A DNA stretch of 63,150 bases, counting the filler, from Phoronis australis (Eukaryota > Animalia > Phoronida): NCBI GenBank assembly GCA_002633005.1. It is 4 parts of 4 records of this genome, joined end to end, with 100 filler letters (N's around TTAATTAATTAA, not from the genome) between each part and the next. Parts side by side here need not be neighbours in the genome. Positions count along the whole stretch, not along the records: positions 24,573 to 53,260 come from NMRA01000509.1; positions 53,361 to 59,768 come from NMRA01002167.1; positions 59,869 to 63,150 come from NMRA01003110.1; 1 more part is not named here. One strand, written 5' to 3'. Shown here one piece after another: positions 49,146-62,479 of this stretch. Numbering within the stretch: the first letter of the stretch is position 1; the number at the start of each line of letters is the position of its first letter. A model generated the notes under the pieces. The model saw nothing but the letters and a program-made list of their open reading frames with translations, was not told where the DNA came from and did no database searches. The translations under genes and the position numbers were made by a program.

Positions 49146-52100
49146 CTGTACAGTGTTACAGTAGACACAGCTGGAGCCCAATTTCCACCACTTCGTGCAA
49201 TCGTGGCCTACACAGTGTTCATTCTCTAGGACACCATAATTTTCGACCCTCCAGGTAGCAACAATTCTCTAGCAAACCCCTCCCCTCGTGGCCATAATAT
49301 TTTGTTCCCATTTCCCTCTTTGAGGTGGGATCCTGCACAACAAATTGTAAATAGGAAAATAGCCGAGGTGCTCTAAATGTTCCGAGGATAAAGTTGTAAC
49401 TACGAAAATACCCGAGAGGTGTCCCAAATGGACCCTAAGCTTTAGTTTTATGCATAAACTGGCACTAGAAGAATCTCCACCCACTTAGACAGTGGCAAAA
49501 AAAGAGGTATGTGATCCGAGGTTTGGAGTTAAATGAAGTTGTAGCCTAATGTTGCAAACGCACAATCTTTTATAAGGGTTAATGCTAACAACTGAATTCT
49601 TTCCTAGTTATTCTTAGACAGCTGTCTTTTTCACTCATTAAGCTTGAACAAGTGCAATCAGAGATCCCTGTTGTCAAAAATGAGTCTGGTGCCCAAAGTT
49701 TTAATAATACAGGTACCGTATTAAAACCCCTTCTGCAGTAGGAAAAGGTACCATTTGCAGTGTTTTTAACTTCCAGAGTGAAACCCGTTGTATTCACGGG
49801 AAAAAGTTTTCTTTGGTAGGGATTTTTTCAAGCACTATTTTGAAGAGAAATTGTTTGAGAGAAATCGCCCAGCTGAGTGTCATGCCCTGTATAAACCTGT
49901 GGGAGTAGCCCCTTGGAATGGTTTAAAGAGTTCCCACCATGACCCTGTGTCTCAACAGGAATTTATTATTACATCTTAACTGATTTAATAGCCTTTAGTA
50001 CACCTGTTTCTACGAAACAAGCCAAAAATTTTAAAAATATAATTTTCTGTTATCTGGTTTGTATGCAAAGGGTGCAAGACCGCCTCCGCCGTTGTTTTAC
50101 CAGTACGATACTGAGGAGTTGTGAAGAAAGTCCGCGGAGAGCCGCCTTTTTCAGACCTGAAAAGGTGCGTTTGTGGAAACTGGTAACAATAAGTTGACTG
50201 AGAACGTCTCTGTGTTCAAATTTCCTAAAAAAACGTGAAAGTTGCACAGAAATGGCATCGGTTTGTTATGGGCGGCGCACCATAGGGGACTGGGGGAGGA
50301 CTATAGCCTCCACTTTTTTAGTGCTACTACTGAAGCCGCCCATGGTCTATAGGCGGTGCACCACAGGGGGGCTGGGGGGGGGGGGGGCTTTAGCCCCCAT
50401 TTTTTTCAGTGCTGTGCCACCCATGATTGTGCGCCGAACGACAGTGTGGAGTGTTAGGGTGGAACATGCGACTCAATCCGGCGAAAGCCACACTTTGATC
50501 GGCACATTTCAAAGAATCTTGTTTCGTCCACACTCATAAGCGGCGTTACAGTGAAGGACTCACCAACAAGTAAGTGCATTTGCAAATTTTGTAAATAACG
50601 ATGAAACTGCTTCCATTTTTGGGCGAGTGATACCAGGCCTTGGACCCCTGTCCAGATCGAGTGCTACACTAACTACAAGTAGGCTTACAGTATGCATATT
50701 GCGTTTAGACTGTGCTCATCCCATCATGGCAATAGTGAATACGAGTAACCCAGGTTTATTGTGGCCTTTTTCAGTAAATATTAAATGTCTATTTTGTGAG
50801 TATTGACCACCACTTGGTAGAGTTGGTTGTGGCTCACATATGTCTGCGGCATTTCTCGTACATGTACAAGTGAGTCGAGTTCATACGGCCTCAAAGCGGA
50901 CGAAAGTTCGCTAACTGGGAAATCGAATTCATTGTCTGATTCTTTAAGTACTTGAGTTTGATGCCCGTATCCACTCTCCTCTCTGTCTGCATAATAATTG
51001 TCCAATTCTCGCCCAATATCGTCCTTGTCTTCTTACCTGCAGTGTTCCGACATCGCAAATGATTGTCAAGCGGCCAACCATCTTCCACCCATTGCATCAT
51101 TTGGCGGGAAACTGAGAAATAAGAAATTTTTCTTCAAAATTAAAAAAATGTGACTATTTGGCATGAAAAGTGCCTATTTAGTAAGATTTCATGGTATTCG
51201 ATTCATATTAGCAAACTAAAACCTGAAAAAGTAAGAAAATGCATGGTGGGAACTCTTTCTTGAGAGTACCCTGAAAGCCCAAGGATGGTGGAATGAACCC
51301 TATCCCTATACCAAACAATGTGGTTTGAACATCTTGGAAAGTACAAGCACAATTGTTGATTTCAGAATGGGCTTATCAGCTGGTGTCTGTTGGCTTCAAT
51401 ATTTCCTTCGAATTAAACTCCTTTAAAGGTGCTATGAATGCGTCGTAGGTGACAAAGAATAAAATTTTGATCTGAACAATTTACCACTCTATACAGGAAT
51501 TGGAAAGACTAAAAGAGGAAAAATTTTCAGATGATCTATCGTCTCACAAATAGGCTTGTGTGATAGAAATATCTTTCGAGTTGTAAAACTTAATTAATAA
51601 AAATAAAAGTCTTTGCAGGAATGAAGGGGACTGGGACAGGGGAGTTAGGCAAGCACAAAACCGGAATGAGTTTCTATCAGGAGAAGGGTCTGCAATGAAG
51701 ATGGGGTAGCCCTGTTGTGCGCCCCACCACTATGTTAATAGTACCCAGACTTAGCAGTTCAGTCTATCCCTAAACTAAACCATAATTCTGATCAATACAT
51801 CAGTAAAATAAAGTTCCCAATAGACAAATTTCATGGTATGTTGTGTGCTTTGTAGCATATGAGTGTAATATTTCTAGGAACACATTAATGACATCACGGT
51901 TTTTAATTTTGAGTCAACGTGAGGGTGTTTGCCAGTGCAAATGTTCTGAAGTAATTCACACTGCCCAACTCTTGCCACGAGGAGGCCCCCTCAATAAGAA
52001 GCAAATTTGTAATTTTGAAAAACTGTTCGAAAAGACCGACATGTTGACTAAAATCACTGCTGTATTATGTAGATCCTAACCACAAGAATGACACACTAGC

Positions 52101-52634
52101 ATGTTGTTCAAAACACTGAGCAAACATAATGGTAATAGTCACATACAGGGGACCCCCACTTTGAGAACCAGTGTTTTCTACTGCATAACAAGAACCAGCT
52201 TTTCACTGAATAGCAGGTGTTAAAACTTGTTCTCAAAATGCGGATTGCCAGTGAGTGACTATTGCCTGGATAACAATCCAACCCATCTTACGCCCAAGAA
52301 ACCTTCAATTTGTGTTAAGTGACCCAACTCAAAATCTTTGAAGTACCCCGAGCTCCCAATTTTGAAATGTGAGATGTTTTTGCAACTAGTCATTTCAACG
52401 AACCAGGTTTTTAAATCCACTTGCTTACAATGTCTAACTCCAGAATGCTTTGATTACAGCGACCCTTAGTAGTTTCGAAATGTTTTAGAATGGTTCCGAG
52501 ACATTGTTTTGCAATTAGATTGAAATTAATATATGATTGTTGCAAACTGCAACACTTGATATCATGTGAACGTGGAAAGCAAAAGATTAATCAGTCGACT
52601 AGTCGGGGTCCAAGAGAGAGAGGAGACTTGTATA
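49146..52634. repeat. Long interspersed repeat, copy B
   Basis: Collinear with 8-3508. Preceded at about 48988 by CAGGGGCGGATCCAGG plus G-runs, a possible element terminus. Confidence 0.85.
49925..51258. mobile_element. 1.33-kb TIR element inserted in repeat copy B; superfamily unassigned
   Basis: Perfect 17-bp inverted repeat AAAGAGTTCCCACCATG (49925-49941 and 51242-51258). Absent from copy A at about 1048. Confidence 0.85.
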
Positions 52635-54032
52635 CTAAGGATAGGGTAAATTCTCTGTAATTTCGATTTCAGATTTCCAGCTCGGACACATACATCACAA
52701 CGGTACCTCTTTTGGACAAAGTTTCCTCGAGGAGTGACTTTAACGTCAAATGCAATCATAATTCCGCACGCGAGATGATTCGTTGCTCCACAACTTCAAA
52801 GCAAAACTCTTGAAATCCATCTGCGAAAATTTCAGTGCTTTCACTATTGTCAGATTTCTGTTTTGTCAGTGGTCTTGTGAAGCTTTTGTAGCAAGAATGA
52901 TATTTCATGCTATGAACATTCCCACTAAATAAGATTGGTCCTAACCCCAGTGGTTAAGGTAAACGGTGGGGTATGGAAAAATGAACTAGACCGTATTTAT
53001 ACACCTTGGCTGAGCCGCGCTCGGCTCACGATCAAAGGGATGCCGCCAAGCTGCTCTAGTCATCGAGTCACGAACGAGGATAATTGGCTTCGCTCATGCG
53101 GATATGATCAGCTGATTACAATCTAGCTATCAGACTGTACTTTTTATGGAGAGAGTTTTACGTAGTTTTTACTGTAATATTTGAAAAGAGGAGCGAAAAC
53201 AAATATGAGTACAACTTTGAATTTTTCAAATCGGCCCAGGATAAGAGATTTTGCAACACANNNNNNNNNNNNNNNNNNNNNNNNNNNNNNNNNNNNNNNN
53301 NNNNTTAATTAATTAANNNNNNNNNNNNNNNNNNNNNNNNNNNNNNNNNNNNNNNNNNNNAAAGAGCAGGTGAAGTTATGGAATCAGAAGTAAACTTAAT
53401 CTTCCATATCAAATATAACCTGTATTCAGATTGATGCATGCATGTTTTCCCAACATGTAGATTTGGTAAGGTGTAAGACAAACACATTTTCCGCAGACTT
53501 GCTTTTAAATACCGCAAGAAAAACTTCAACTTTAATAAATACTGAAAAACATCGAACTGAGTTCCTTGGCTATGCCAATTTATCAACCTCACAAACAAGT
53601 CAAAGAATATAAGCTCCATGTAACTCCATCTTTAAGTGATTGTTTCCTTTAGAGGAGGAAACCAAACTATCGTTTTTTTAATACGGTGATTTGGCATTCC
53701 TAACTATAGCACAAACCAAAAGTATTCAGACAAAATTACCCAGAATTCCCCCATCATAATGGCTGGAAATGAAGCTGAAGTATCGGAAAAGTTGGTAAAG
53801 TAGCGCCATTCTGTAATTAGAATTTACCCACCCTAACGTAGTTATAACCAGTCATTTTAGCCACCACGACAGGAAAATAGTATTTTGTCCAATTACTTTT
53901 GCCTTTTTAGTACCATTCCTAGGTAATTTCAAATCCCAGAAGTATTTAAAGAAATACACAAGATTACTTTCACAAACCGTTCTGTCCCCAAAGGCTTCAT
54001 AGATATCAGACAATATGTTGCCTCAATTGGCA

Positions 54033-54246
54033 GACAGTGATATCAGACAATGAAATCAGACAATGAAATCAGACAGTGATATCAGACAGTGATATCAGAC
54101 AGTGATATCAGACAGTGATATCAAACAGAGATATCAGACAGTGATATCAGACAGTGATATCTGACAGTGATATCAGACAGTGATATCAGGCAGTGATATC
54201 AGGCAGTGATATCAGACAGTGATATCAGACAGTGATATCAGACAGT
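54033..54246. repeat. 13-bp minisatellite CAGTGATATCAGA, about 16 copies
   Basis: Direct reading. Confidence 0.95.
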
Positions 54247-54568
54247 AAGTGTAGTATAACAAATTCACCAGCAACAACAGTTTTATGACAGAGATAACAT
54301 TGAGAACTTTAAATGAATAAAAAACACACCTAGGTCATGAATTTTTCCCAGTTTTTACCAGCTAAATATGGAGGAACTCAGAATCCGGGCAGCTTTGCAT
54401 TCCATTGCAAAAAGTTCCCTTAGCAAACTGATGGGGTTACCGCTCGTAGTATACATTATAATTATGAATAAATAAATTTGCTTGAAAAGTACACAGCATT
54501 ATTTCTACCAATTTCTACATAGGAACAGAACTACCAAATCCTTATGTGCTTGACTGCTTACTGCTTAC

Positions 54569-54679
54569 CTGACTCTGAGTCTGGCTCTTTGACTTTTCCT
54601 TAAGAAGATCTTCTTCGAGTTTAGCTATGCGCTTCTGTGTGCCAAGAAGAGCATCTTCAATTTTATGCTCAAGCTTCTC
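54569..54679 (-). CDS. FAM81: FAM81-family protein, coding exon 4
   Basis: AG/GT bounded, 111 nt, phase 0, EKLEHKIEDALLGTQKRIAKLEEDLLKEKSKSQTQSQ (coiled-coil-like). Confidence 0.7.
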
Positions 54680-55614
54680 CTAAAAGGTGGGAAAGTAGCC
54701 CTTATTAGCAGGCCAAGGGGCTCTACACTCCTTAAGTATACCCACTAGCTATCTAGATTGATTTATACATTAGACTGGGTAGTATTCTGAAGATTAAGGT
54801 TCTTGCGAGAAAAGCATGATCTCGCAAGACCTCCCAAAATCGGGGGAATAAAAGGCGAGCGTTTTGCAAAACGGTATGCTCGTAAGCTTTTTCAACTATC
54901 CTGTCAAAACGGCAGCCACTGAAGTCATTATTCCGTGAAATTGGAATTATGAGATTGAAATCATAAATTTTGGGATCAAAATTCCTCTTTCCATTCATAA
55001 AAGATTTTCATCACAAATGAATTGCTATTTGACAAGGAGTTCGTCAGAAAAGATAAGTTAGAGACTGTAAGCATCCAAACTGACGATTGAACATCGATCA
55101 CACTGGAGAAAGGCAGACACCTCAAATACTGAACAGGAGTTTGGGCACAAGGAGGCGTTAGAATATCCTAGTGCCCTAGATCCACTTGAAATTACGCATG
55201 CTAACATTAACATTAATCTTTTCCTTCGAATAAAGAATGTCTCCCAGGAAATGCATTTTTATTTCACCCAGCTGATGTCCAAATTTTTTATTGTCAGTTT
55301 ATCAACAGGTAATGTATAATTCATCTTTACCGATTATTATTTGCATGAAATGGTTTTGATTGACTAATACTTATTAACTGTGGCATAACTTGACACTGTC
55401 ATCATCAATGAATTTCAGAAACCACAACAAAAATAACAATTGGTCGTGCGTCTAAAAGTCTAAAAACTACTTGAATGAAAGCCTTTGGACTTGCAATCAG
55501 GGACATGACATTTCAAAATTTTCCCACAAAATGCATCATTTCACATTTAAGTGCATGGTTTATAGGCAGTAGGCTATGTTACACAGTGACTACAGATGAC
55601 ATCAGCGTACTCAC

Positions 55615-55857
55615 AGTTTTTGCGTCTCTCTGCACGGTTGCCCTGTCAAGATGTACCAACAAGCGGTTCTCCAACTTTTCTCGTTCAGCATGCTCTGACA
55701 ACTGGACGGAGTTTTGCTGCGACTTGACCTCATCGAGTAACGCACGTGTCTTGGAATCCAACAGCATGACCTGCTGAGTTGAGTCTCCCTCAATGTTCTT
55801 TAACTTCACCGTGTTTTCAGTGTTTGCCTTATCCAGTTTCAAGGCCAAGTCAGATAT
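55615..55857 (-). CDS. FAM81: FAM81-family protein, coding exon 3
   Basis: AG/GT bounded, 243 nt, phase 0, ISDLALKLDK...QRDAKT. Confidence 0.85.
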
Positions 55858-56624
55858 CTAAAATTTGAACAACAAACTACTCATAATAGAACTAGAGTGC
55901 CCACACTTTGATTAAGGCTAAACCAAACAGACAAACTAGAATTCCAAAATCAAAACTACTGAAACAACAAAACAGTGCTTGATATAAATAATATTAGTTT
56001 TTGGCCAAATTAGAAGCGTGAGTTGTGGTAGATAGTTCTTGATTGACAGATCCTGTGATGCAGCCAGAAAGCATTGTGTTGTACTCTGAGTAAATGATAA
56101 TGAAATGCAATTTTTTCATGGACCTTTAGCAATGTTAGTAATTTTGTGCTGTAGTGATTTGACTTCACAGACATAGCAAAGAATTTCAAAGAACACAATG
56201 AAATTTCACTGCTTTAAAATCTCCATTCAAGTTGCACGTAAACTGTAGGTGGCAATGCATGTTTGCACACAGAATACTCTATCGCCTTCTAGTCACACAA
56301 CACATTTCAACACGGCACCGTCTGAGGGTCAAGTCTCAGTGTTTTTCTTTAGTTTACTGAGAACAAAGGAATTACTTTGAGCAATGTGAGAAAACAGTTT
56401 CGCAGAGTTCATTTTCCTACATACGCAGACTGATAGGGACATTGAAGTTATTCAGGGCATGCCGTGTTTAAGCAGTGTAATAAGCATCCAAATACTCCAA
56501 GATGCATTTCAAGCTATGTGCTGGGCACACGATTTACACACAGCATAATTACTCTAATGTTCAGTAAACTTCGTAATTGCATAAACACAGAACTAAAATA
56601 CCCAGACATAAGAAATCACAGTAC

Positions 56625-56873
56625 CTTGCTGTCTAAGAGTTGTAATCGGTCAACAACTTTGCTCTGATTGTCGGACTGAGACTGTTGTAACACTTTAAGG
56701 TTGTCATGGAAACCCTTGATATCTGTAGCCAACCTAGCAATTGCTGCGTCACATCGAGCCACTCTTCCACGCAGGTCAGTCAAGCCTGTGATATGATGAA
56801 CTTCCAGGTTCTTTACCGCATTTGATGTCCCAGATACCACATTCTCTTTGTTCCTTATCTGGTCATCGATACT
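56625..56873 (-). CDS. FAM81: FAM81-family protein, coding exon 2
   Basis: AG/GT bounded, 249 nt, phase 0. Contains DLRGRVARCDAAIARL, which I recognise as the conserved FAM81 segment. Confidence 0.88.
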
Positions 56874-57254
56874 CTGCAATAGCAAAGTGATTATATGCCA
56901 GTTTGAGTTGTGGATTACACTAGCTACTAAACACGATTTTACTTACCGTGTGATTATTCTTAAAGCGAACTCAAAATTATTTGACCCAAAATGATTATTG
57001 TGATTCTGCTGGGTATGGAACATTATAGGTACTTAAAACCCTGCAGCAATTTCACAAGTTGTTTTTGACTGTATGCTATACAGGTCACACGTTTTTTTTT
57101 TTGCTTTAAAGACGCATGGATTCAAGAGATCGTCAAATACACACAAAGGAAAAACTATGTGGTCACCACAGAGTTTCTAATCTCTCTGCCACTTAGATGA
57201 ATGTACACATCGCTCACAGTCATTCAACAAACAACTGACTGACAAGACCGACAT

Positions 57255-57387
57255 TAATGGCAGGTATCATGTGTCCTGTATACCATAATCACTCTCCTAA
57301 TGGCAGGTATCATGTGTCCTGTATACCATAATCACTCTCCTAATGGCAGGTATCATGTGTCCTGTATACCATAATCACTCTCCTAAT
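57255..57387. repeat. 43-bp tandem repeat, 3 identical copies (intronic)
   Basis: TAATGGCAGGTATCATGTGTCCTGTATACCATAATCACTCTCC x3. Confidence 0.95.
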
Positions 57388-57949
57388 CTGGATTCAACAG
57401 CACAGCATGAAGCAAACCAGTGAAGGAAGCAATTTTCCAAAAATTAATTCCAAGTGTGTTTCAGAATATTTGAATATTACAATACCTTCATAACTCTTAA
57501 CTAATTTTAAACAGTTAGGGTTTACATCAATTGCCTCTTAATTGGACAGGTTGCTGCTTAAGTCGCCATAGTTTTTTTACATCAAAGGTCAAAGGTCAGC
57601 GGTCATTTTTGTTTTTACGTTGCTGGTGCTTTTAAAACAGACTTAGTGCTGACTTATACGGCTAGCACTCGCATTTAAACAAAATCTTAAGGTCAAAACA
57701 TGCCTGGTTTTTTCAACTTTCTATGCTAATACTGACTTTGAAACATGAAGCAAGGAATCCCACTGTTTTAAAATCTTCAGTTTGGCAAAAGTTTCAAAAG
57801 TTGGAAGAATGCTTGTGAAATTAAAATTTAAAGTGGCAATAAACCAACATTCCATTGCAAAAATACGCTTTCGATTTAGACTTCTGTTATGAGGTTCTTC
57901 TCAAATTGTTCCATAGTCAAACTGGAGGTAATTCAGGGCTTCAAGAGAA

Positions 57950-58117
57950 TCATCCGTTCGTTATTGCTTGTGAATGTCCGTCCGTTCCTTAATGTTTGTG
58001 ACTGCCCATCCGTTCGTTATTGTTTGTGACTACCCGTCCGTTTGCTATTGTTTGTGACTGCCTGTCCGATCATTATTGTTTGTGACTGCCTGTCCGTATG
58101 TTATTGTTTGTGACTGC
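57950..58117. repeat. About 28-bp degenerate minisatellite, about 6 copies (intronic)
   Basis: TGTTTGTGACTGCC.GTCCGTT.GTTAT-like units. Confidence 0.85.
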
Positions 58118-58361
58118 AAAAGCAGCTAGGCTCTACAGGTTGAGTTGTCCGAGAGTCATTTTATGGTCCAAGTGTGGCCTTAAACAATAAGCAAAATTAG
58201 CAAGTGTCAATTCTTTGTAAACCAATAAATCATTTATCATATGAGTATTAAACAAGTTCAGACAGATATTAGCAAAAAGTCATAAAAATTTCACTTCTTG
58301 GGCAGAACGTGGGCTTACAGATATTTAAGTTTTATAAACACACGCATTTTATTTCACATAC

Positions 58362-58673
58362 CTTGATATCAAAGTCCAGTTTGCGTACCACCTCAGTAAT
58401 TGTCCTTACATGTTCTTGTAACAGTTCCCTGGCACGCTTCTCCTCCTGCCATGTTCCCCGTGTCAAATTCAAGTTATCTATAATGTCCTCCTTCACTTTG
58501 TAAGCCCTGTCCAGCAGCGACTGCGTAGTCTTTTCAGTTTTATCCAACCTATCTTCAATGTAATCAATTCTCGACACCGGCCGTGTCTGTTGCTGATCGC
58601 GATTCATCACGCGAAATGACTGTGCATACGTCGACTGCATCTCGGGCAGTGTGCGCCGCGGTGACTGGGACAT
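58362..58673 (-). CDS. FAM81: FAM81-family protein, first recognisable coding exon
   Basis: Acceptor at 58696, ATG at 58673, 312 nt to a GT donor. Contains IEDRL..TTQSLLDRAYKVKEDI..ARELLQEHVRTITEVVRKL. Confidence 0.85.
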
Positions 58674-59868
58674 TTTCACTTTAAGTTTTACCGGCCTAGA
58701 AAGAAGAAAGCGCATTTTAAAGCCCCCATGCAGTGCCATTTTCGAAGCCATTGTCTTGATTCAGGTGTTGGGTTCGTCTTTTTGCTATTTTAAATATGGC
58801 AAGTTAGGTGCCAGTTACCAATGATAAAATGATAAAACCATAGAATAGCTTCGAAGGAAAGATTAATTTTTTGAGTATGGGATTTTGGCTTGACCTAATT
58901 AGGGTTCATCTACACTTTGTAACTCAAGGTCATAGCACCAATTAAAATCCACAGGTCTTGGGGAAAAACAAAATTCAAACTTCTTGAAGTTGAACCAAGC
59001 AGGCATGAAGTCAAAATGCAAAATTCCGCATAACAAATTCATCTTTGGACAAAATTTACAGAGAGGTAGAAACAGTGAAGCTCCAGTTGGTCAGCTGGCA
59101 TGTTGATACCAGACTCCTCGTAAAATGGCCATGGCAACAAAATGGAAAGATACCAAGTACTTACATTTTCATTAAGAATGTTACAAAAAGTACATTCAGA
59201 ATCAAAAAAGAGCTTCCAGTTGTCTTGATTCTATTCTGTTTTTGGGATGTGAATTCAACGACTGTAACCATTCATAGATGCTAATTAAACTCATCACCTG
59301 GATATTATCATGAGTTTTGCCAAACCTGGCAAACAATCCATACTTAATTGTAAATGTGTTTAGGAATGACTAAAAATAGGTTCCCCCACAACAGCCACAT
59401 TTGAGATGCGTATCCATCCCGGCCAACGGGTCCAAAGCCCTCCCCCACTCACTCTGTCTGTCACTGTGCAATGAAGAGGAATTTCTTGAGGCGTTGATGG
59501 TTTTGATGTTCTTGCTGGTATTGGAAAAAGAACCCTGTCCCAGCAAGGAATATTGTGAGACTGATTTCATAAGTAAATGGCATAATTAGATATCTGTTTT
59601 AGCCAACTAAACAGAACGAAATATAGCTTTAAATAGACAAGAATGAGCAAACTTTTATCTCTTTGACAGCCACCCAAACACACACAAACATGCACACAAA
59701 CATGCACACACACTAACACACACAACCCATCACAGAACAGTCCACCCTGCCATAACTGAGGCATAATANNNNNNNNNNNNNNNNNNNNNNNNNNNNNNNN
59801 NNNNNNNNNNNNTTAATTAATTAANNNNNNNNNNNNNNNNNNNNNNNNNNNNNNNNNNNNNNNNNNNN

Positions 59869-60223
59869 TTTTAATTGTTTCAAATCCTAGATTACGTATT
59901 CAAATTTTCTTTAAAGTCAAGGTGTTGATCCAGCATACAGTCTAAATGTTTGTATGAGGATTTATAACTAATGATTCTAGGCATTCGCATTGTTCGAAGA
60001 GGGACATGGTTAGTTTTTGTCATGTTTAAAACCATTCTCCATTTTTACATCAGTTGTTTAAAGCCTTCAACTTATCTTGCATGCCATTTTCATTTTCATA
60101 CAAAAGTGCAATATTGTAGGCATAAAGAAGAACTGGATTACTGTTTGTGCCATATTTGACACCTTTACACAATTTCTTAGTTTCCAGAGCTAAGTCATTT
60201 AAATATAAGACAAAGAATGTCGG
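59869..60223 (-). mobile_element. Non-LTR retrotransposon reverse transcriptase fragment
   Basis: PTFFVLYLNDL..VLLYAYNIALL.ENE..MQ..L..LNN*CK / WRMVLNMTKT / YKHL..LDQHLDF. Confidence 0.8.
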
Positions 60224-61174
60224 TTACCCTTTTACAGAACCGTGACCGTCAGGGCAAAAGTTGTACAGTAACAATGATGTGGATAATGTATTTGTATATC
60301 TAAATTAAGATTCTCCTAACATGTGACCATAGCATATAAAATCGAGTAATTTTTCACACCAGCTTTCTGTCAGCAAACACTGAATTAGCACGCGCTCACG
60401 CGGCCTTGGTACCCGGTCAATTTACTTTTATTGCAGCTGAAGCCGGTAACGCAGTGATTTATTCATTGCTGGCATCTCAAAACATTTGCAGTCACGAATA
60501 TTAGAAAGCATTACAAATTGTATTCAATGAGTCAGACTTTGTTTCAGTAGTATATAAACATTGGTTAAGGTGAGAATAATTCATTTTGCAACAGAACGCA
60601 GAATAACAAACGTCAACATGGCAACTCGCAATCCTGGCGAGAGCTCATCCGACGAAAACTTCTCAGGTGGATCGTTAAGATTCACAGGCTATCATTTCGA
60701 GCCGGAATACAGTGATCAAGAAATACTAGAGAGGCGCCGTGAATATGCACAGGCAACGGAATGTGTGGATAGTTCTAAGGAAAGCCGTCATTCGTTAGAC
60801 TCACTGTCGACGACTGCCGGCCACAGACACGGAGGTTTCACACCCTCATATTTGCTATTAACAGCGTACATTTCATTCTTCACTACGGCGAGCCACTTCC
60901 TATCCTAAGCATTTCGGACTCTCAAGGAAGTTGAAAAAACGATATACCCGCTTTCCTCGTAGCTGCATATTTCGGGAAAGATGGAACAATGCACCGCAAC
61001 ATAGCGGCATTCACTCTACAAATGAACCACTGACGTCGCTGGGTCGTTTCTCACCTTCCTCGCAAGTTAGCGTGACACCTCTCGGCAAGGTAAGGTCGAC
61101 CGTATGCGAGGCGATGTGGAGATAGACCGATTAAGACGGTAAAAAAGACTAATTAAATCGGATTGAATTCTCCT
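60224..61174. mobile_element. Left-truncated second copy of the 39631-41137 Kolobok family
   Basis: Collinear with 40325-41137. Ends TTCTCCT followed by TTAA. GYHFEPEY on +, LRVCGRQ (THAP) on -. Confidence 0.85.
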
Positions 61175-62319
61175 TTAAGGAAAACACTTGTACTTATAGA
61201 CTCCTACTTAAGGAAAATACTCGCTTTAGAATACACAAGTTTTACATTGGAACAGGGTCACACGCAGGTCTAACCGCTAACGAGAGGATTTGCGGCAATA
61301 CTGGTCAAATTCAAAAGTCACCGCCCTGTCCTTCATATTACCGCAGAAATTTGCTGACGAAGTTGGCAGATTGTGCAAGAGTAGTTAGATTATTTCAAAG
61401 CCATGATCTTTGTGAATTAAAAAGACTGGCGCTATATATTTTAAGAGCAACAGTGCTAAGAGCTGAACTCTTATCAATGTTAAGTTGTAATGTAAACTAT
61501 ATTATGAGGCCAAGGCCTAAATTCAATAAATATTTTTATGCTGATTCTTATAATTCGAAGTTTGAATGCCTTGTGAAGAAATCAGAATTTTAGTTGACAT
61601 CCGCCTGAGTATTATTGCGAAATTAAATACTCGATAGTTGATAGTAGAGAATAAGTTTATTATGAATAAAAATGTAAATCCCTTTTCATTATTCGTTGGT
61701 CTTCATTGCCAGTTTTCATTTATTTCTTTAAACTTCTTGAAAAGACTCTGTGATTACCTTGGTGAATACAATGATTTACGAGGGAGCCTAGTCGGAAATA
61801 TTAACATAAAGTTAAAATAAAAAGAGAGATGTACAATTAAATTACTTACAATGTTGAAATGAATAAAACACAATTGAGTAAATATGCAAGTTAAAAGATT
61901 ACATTAAACAAACAAGTTAAATAGGCAACAAATTTTAATGAAAAATAAGAATTATGCAAATTTGAGCCAGCAAGGAACATCTGGTCTGAAGGTGTTCAGT
62001 AGATTGACAACTGGTCTGAAGGTGTTCCATAGATTAACAACTACCCTTAAAGCACAGGCACCTTTTATCAGCATTTGACGATATACTATGATAAAGAAAA
62101 AGGTATACAACTGCTATCCAATATGGCCGCCAGTCACTTCCGGAATAACTAAAAACATGTCAAATCTGTGCGTAATTTATGTCACATTTTTTTCTGCGAC
62201 TGCAGCACGTTCACTAGTTCACCTGTTGACATGAAACCAAAAAAAATACCATAAATGCCTTCAGATTTTCCTTGTTCAATCGGCAGCATTCACGGCAAAG
62301 CGTAGTTCCCGAAATGTTG

Positions 62320-62479
62320 CATCAACTAATGCTCATGCTCATAAGGCCGCTGACATCACCAGAACGCTTACGTCAAATAATGCGCATGCTCAGGACGCTG
62401 ACATCACCAGAACGCTTGTATCAACTAATGCGCATCCTCATAAGGGCGCTGACATCACCAGAACGCTTACATCAACTAA
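62320..62479. repeat. About 51-bp tandem repeat, about 3 copies
   Basis: Unit contains CGCTGACATCACCAGAACGCTT. Confidence 0.9.

Noticed and set aside
50781-51100. Gypsy pol fragment (WVEDGWP)
   Set aside because: Only one short motif, with no flanking RNase H or integrase similarity.
57255-57387. 43-bp repeats (and the 51-bp repeats at 62320-62479) as CRISPR arrays
   Set aside because: Head-to-tail units with no unique spacers, no cas genes, and a eukaryotic context.
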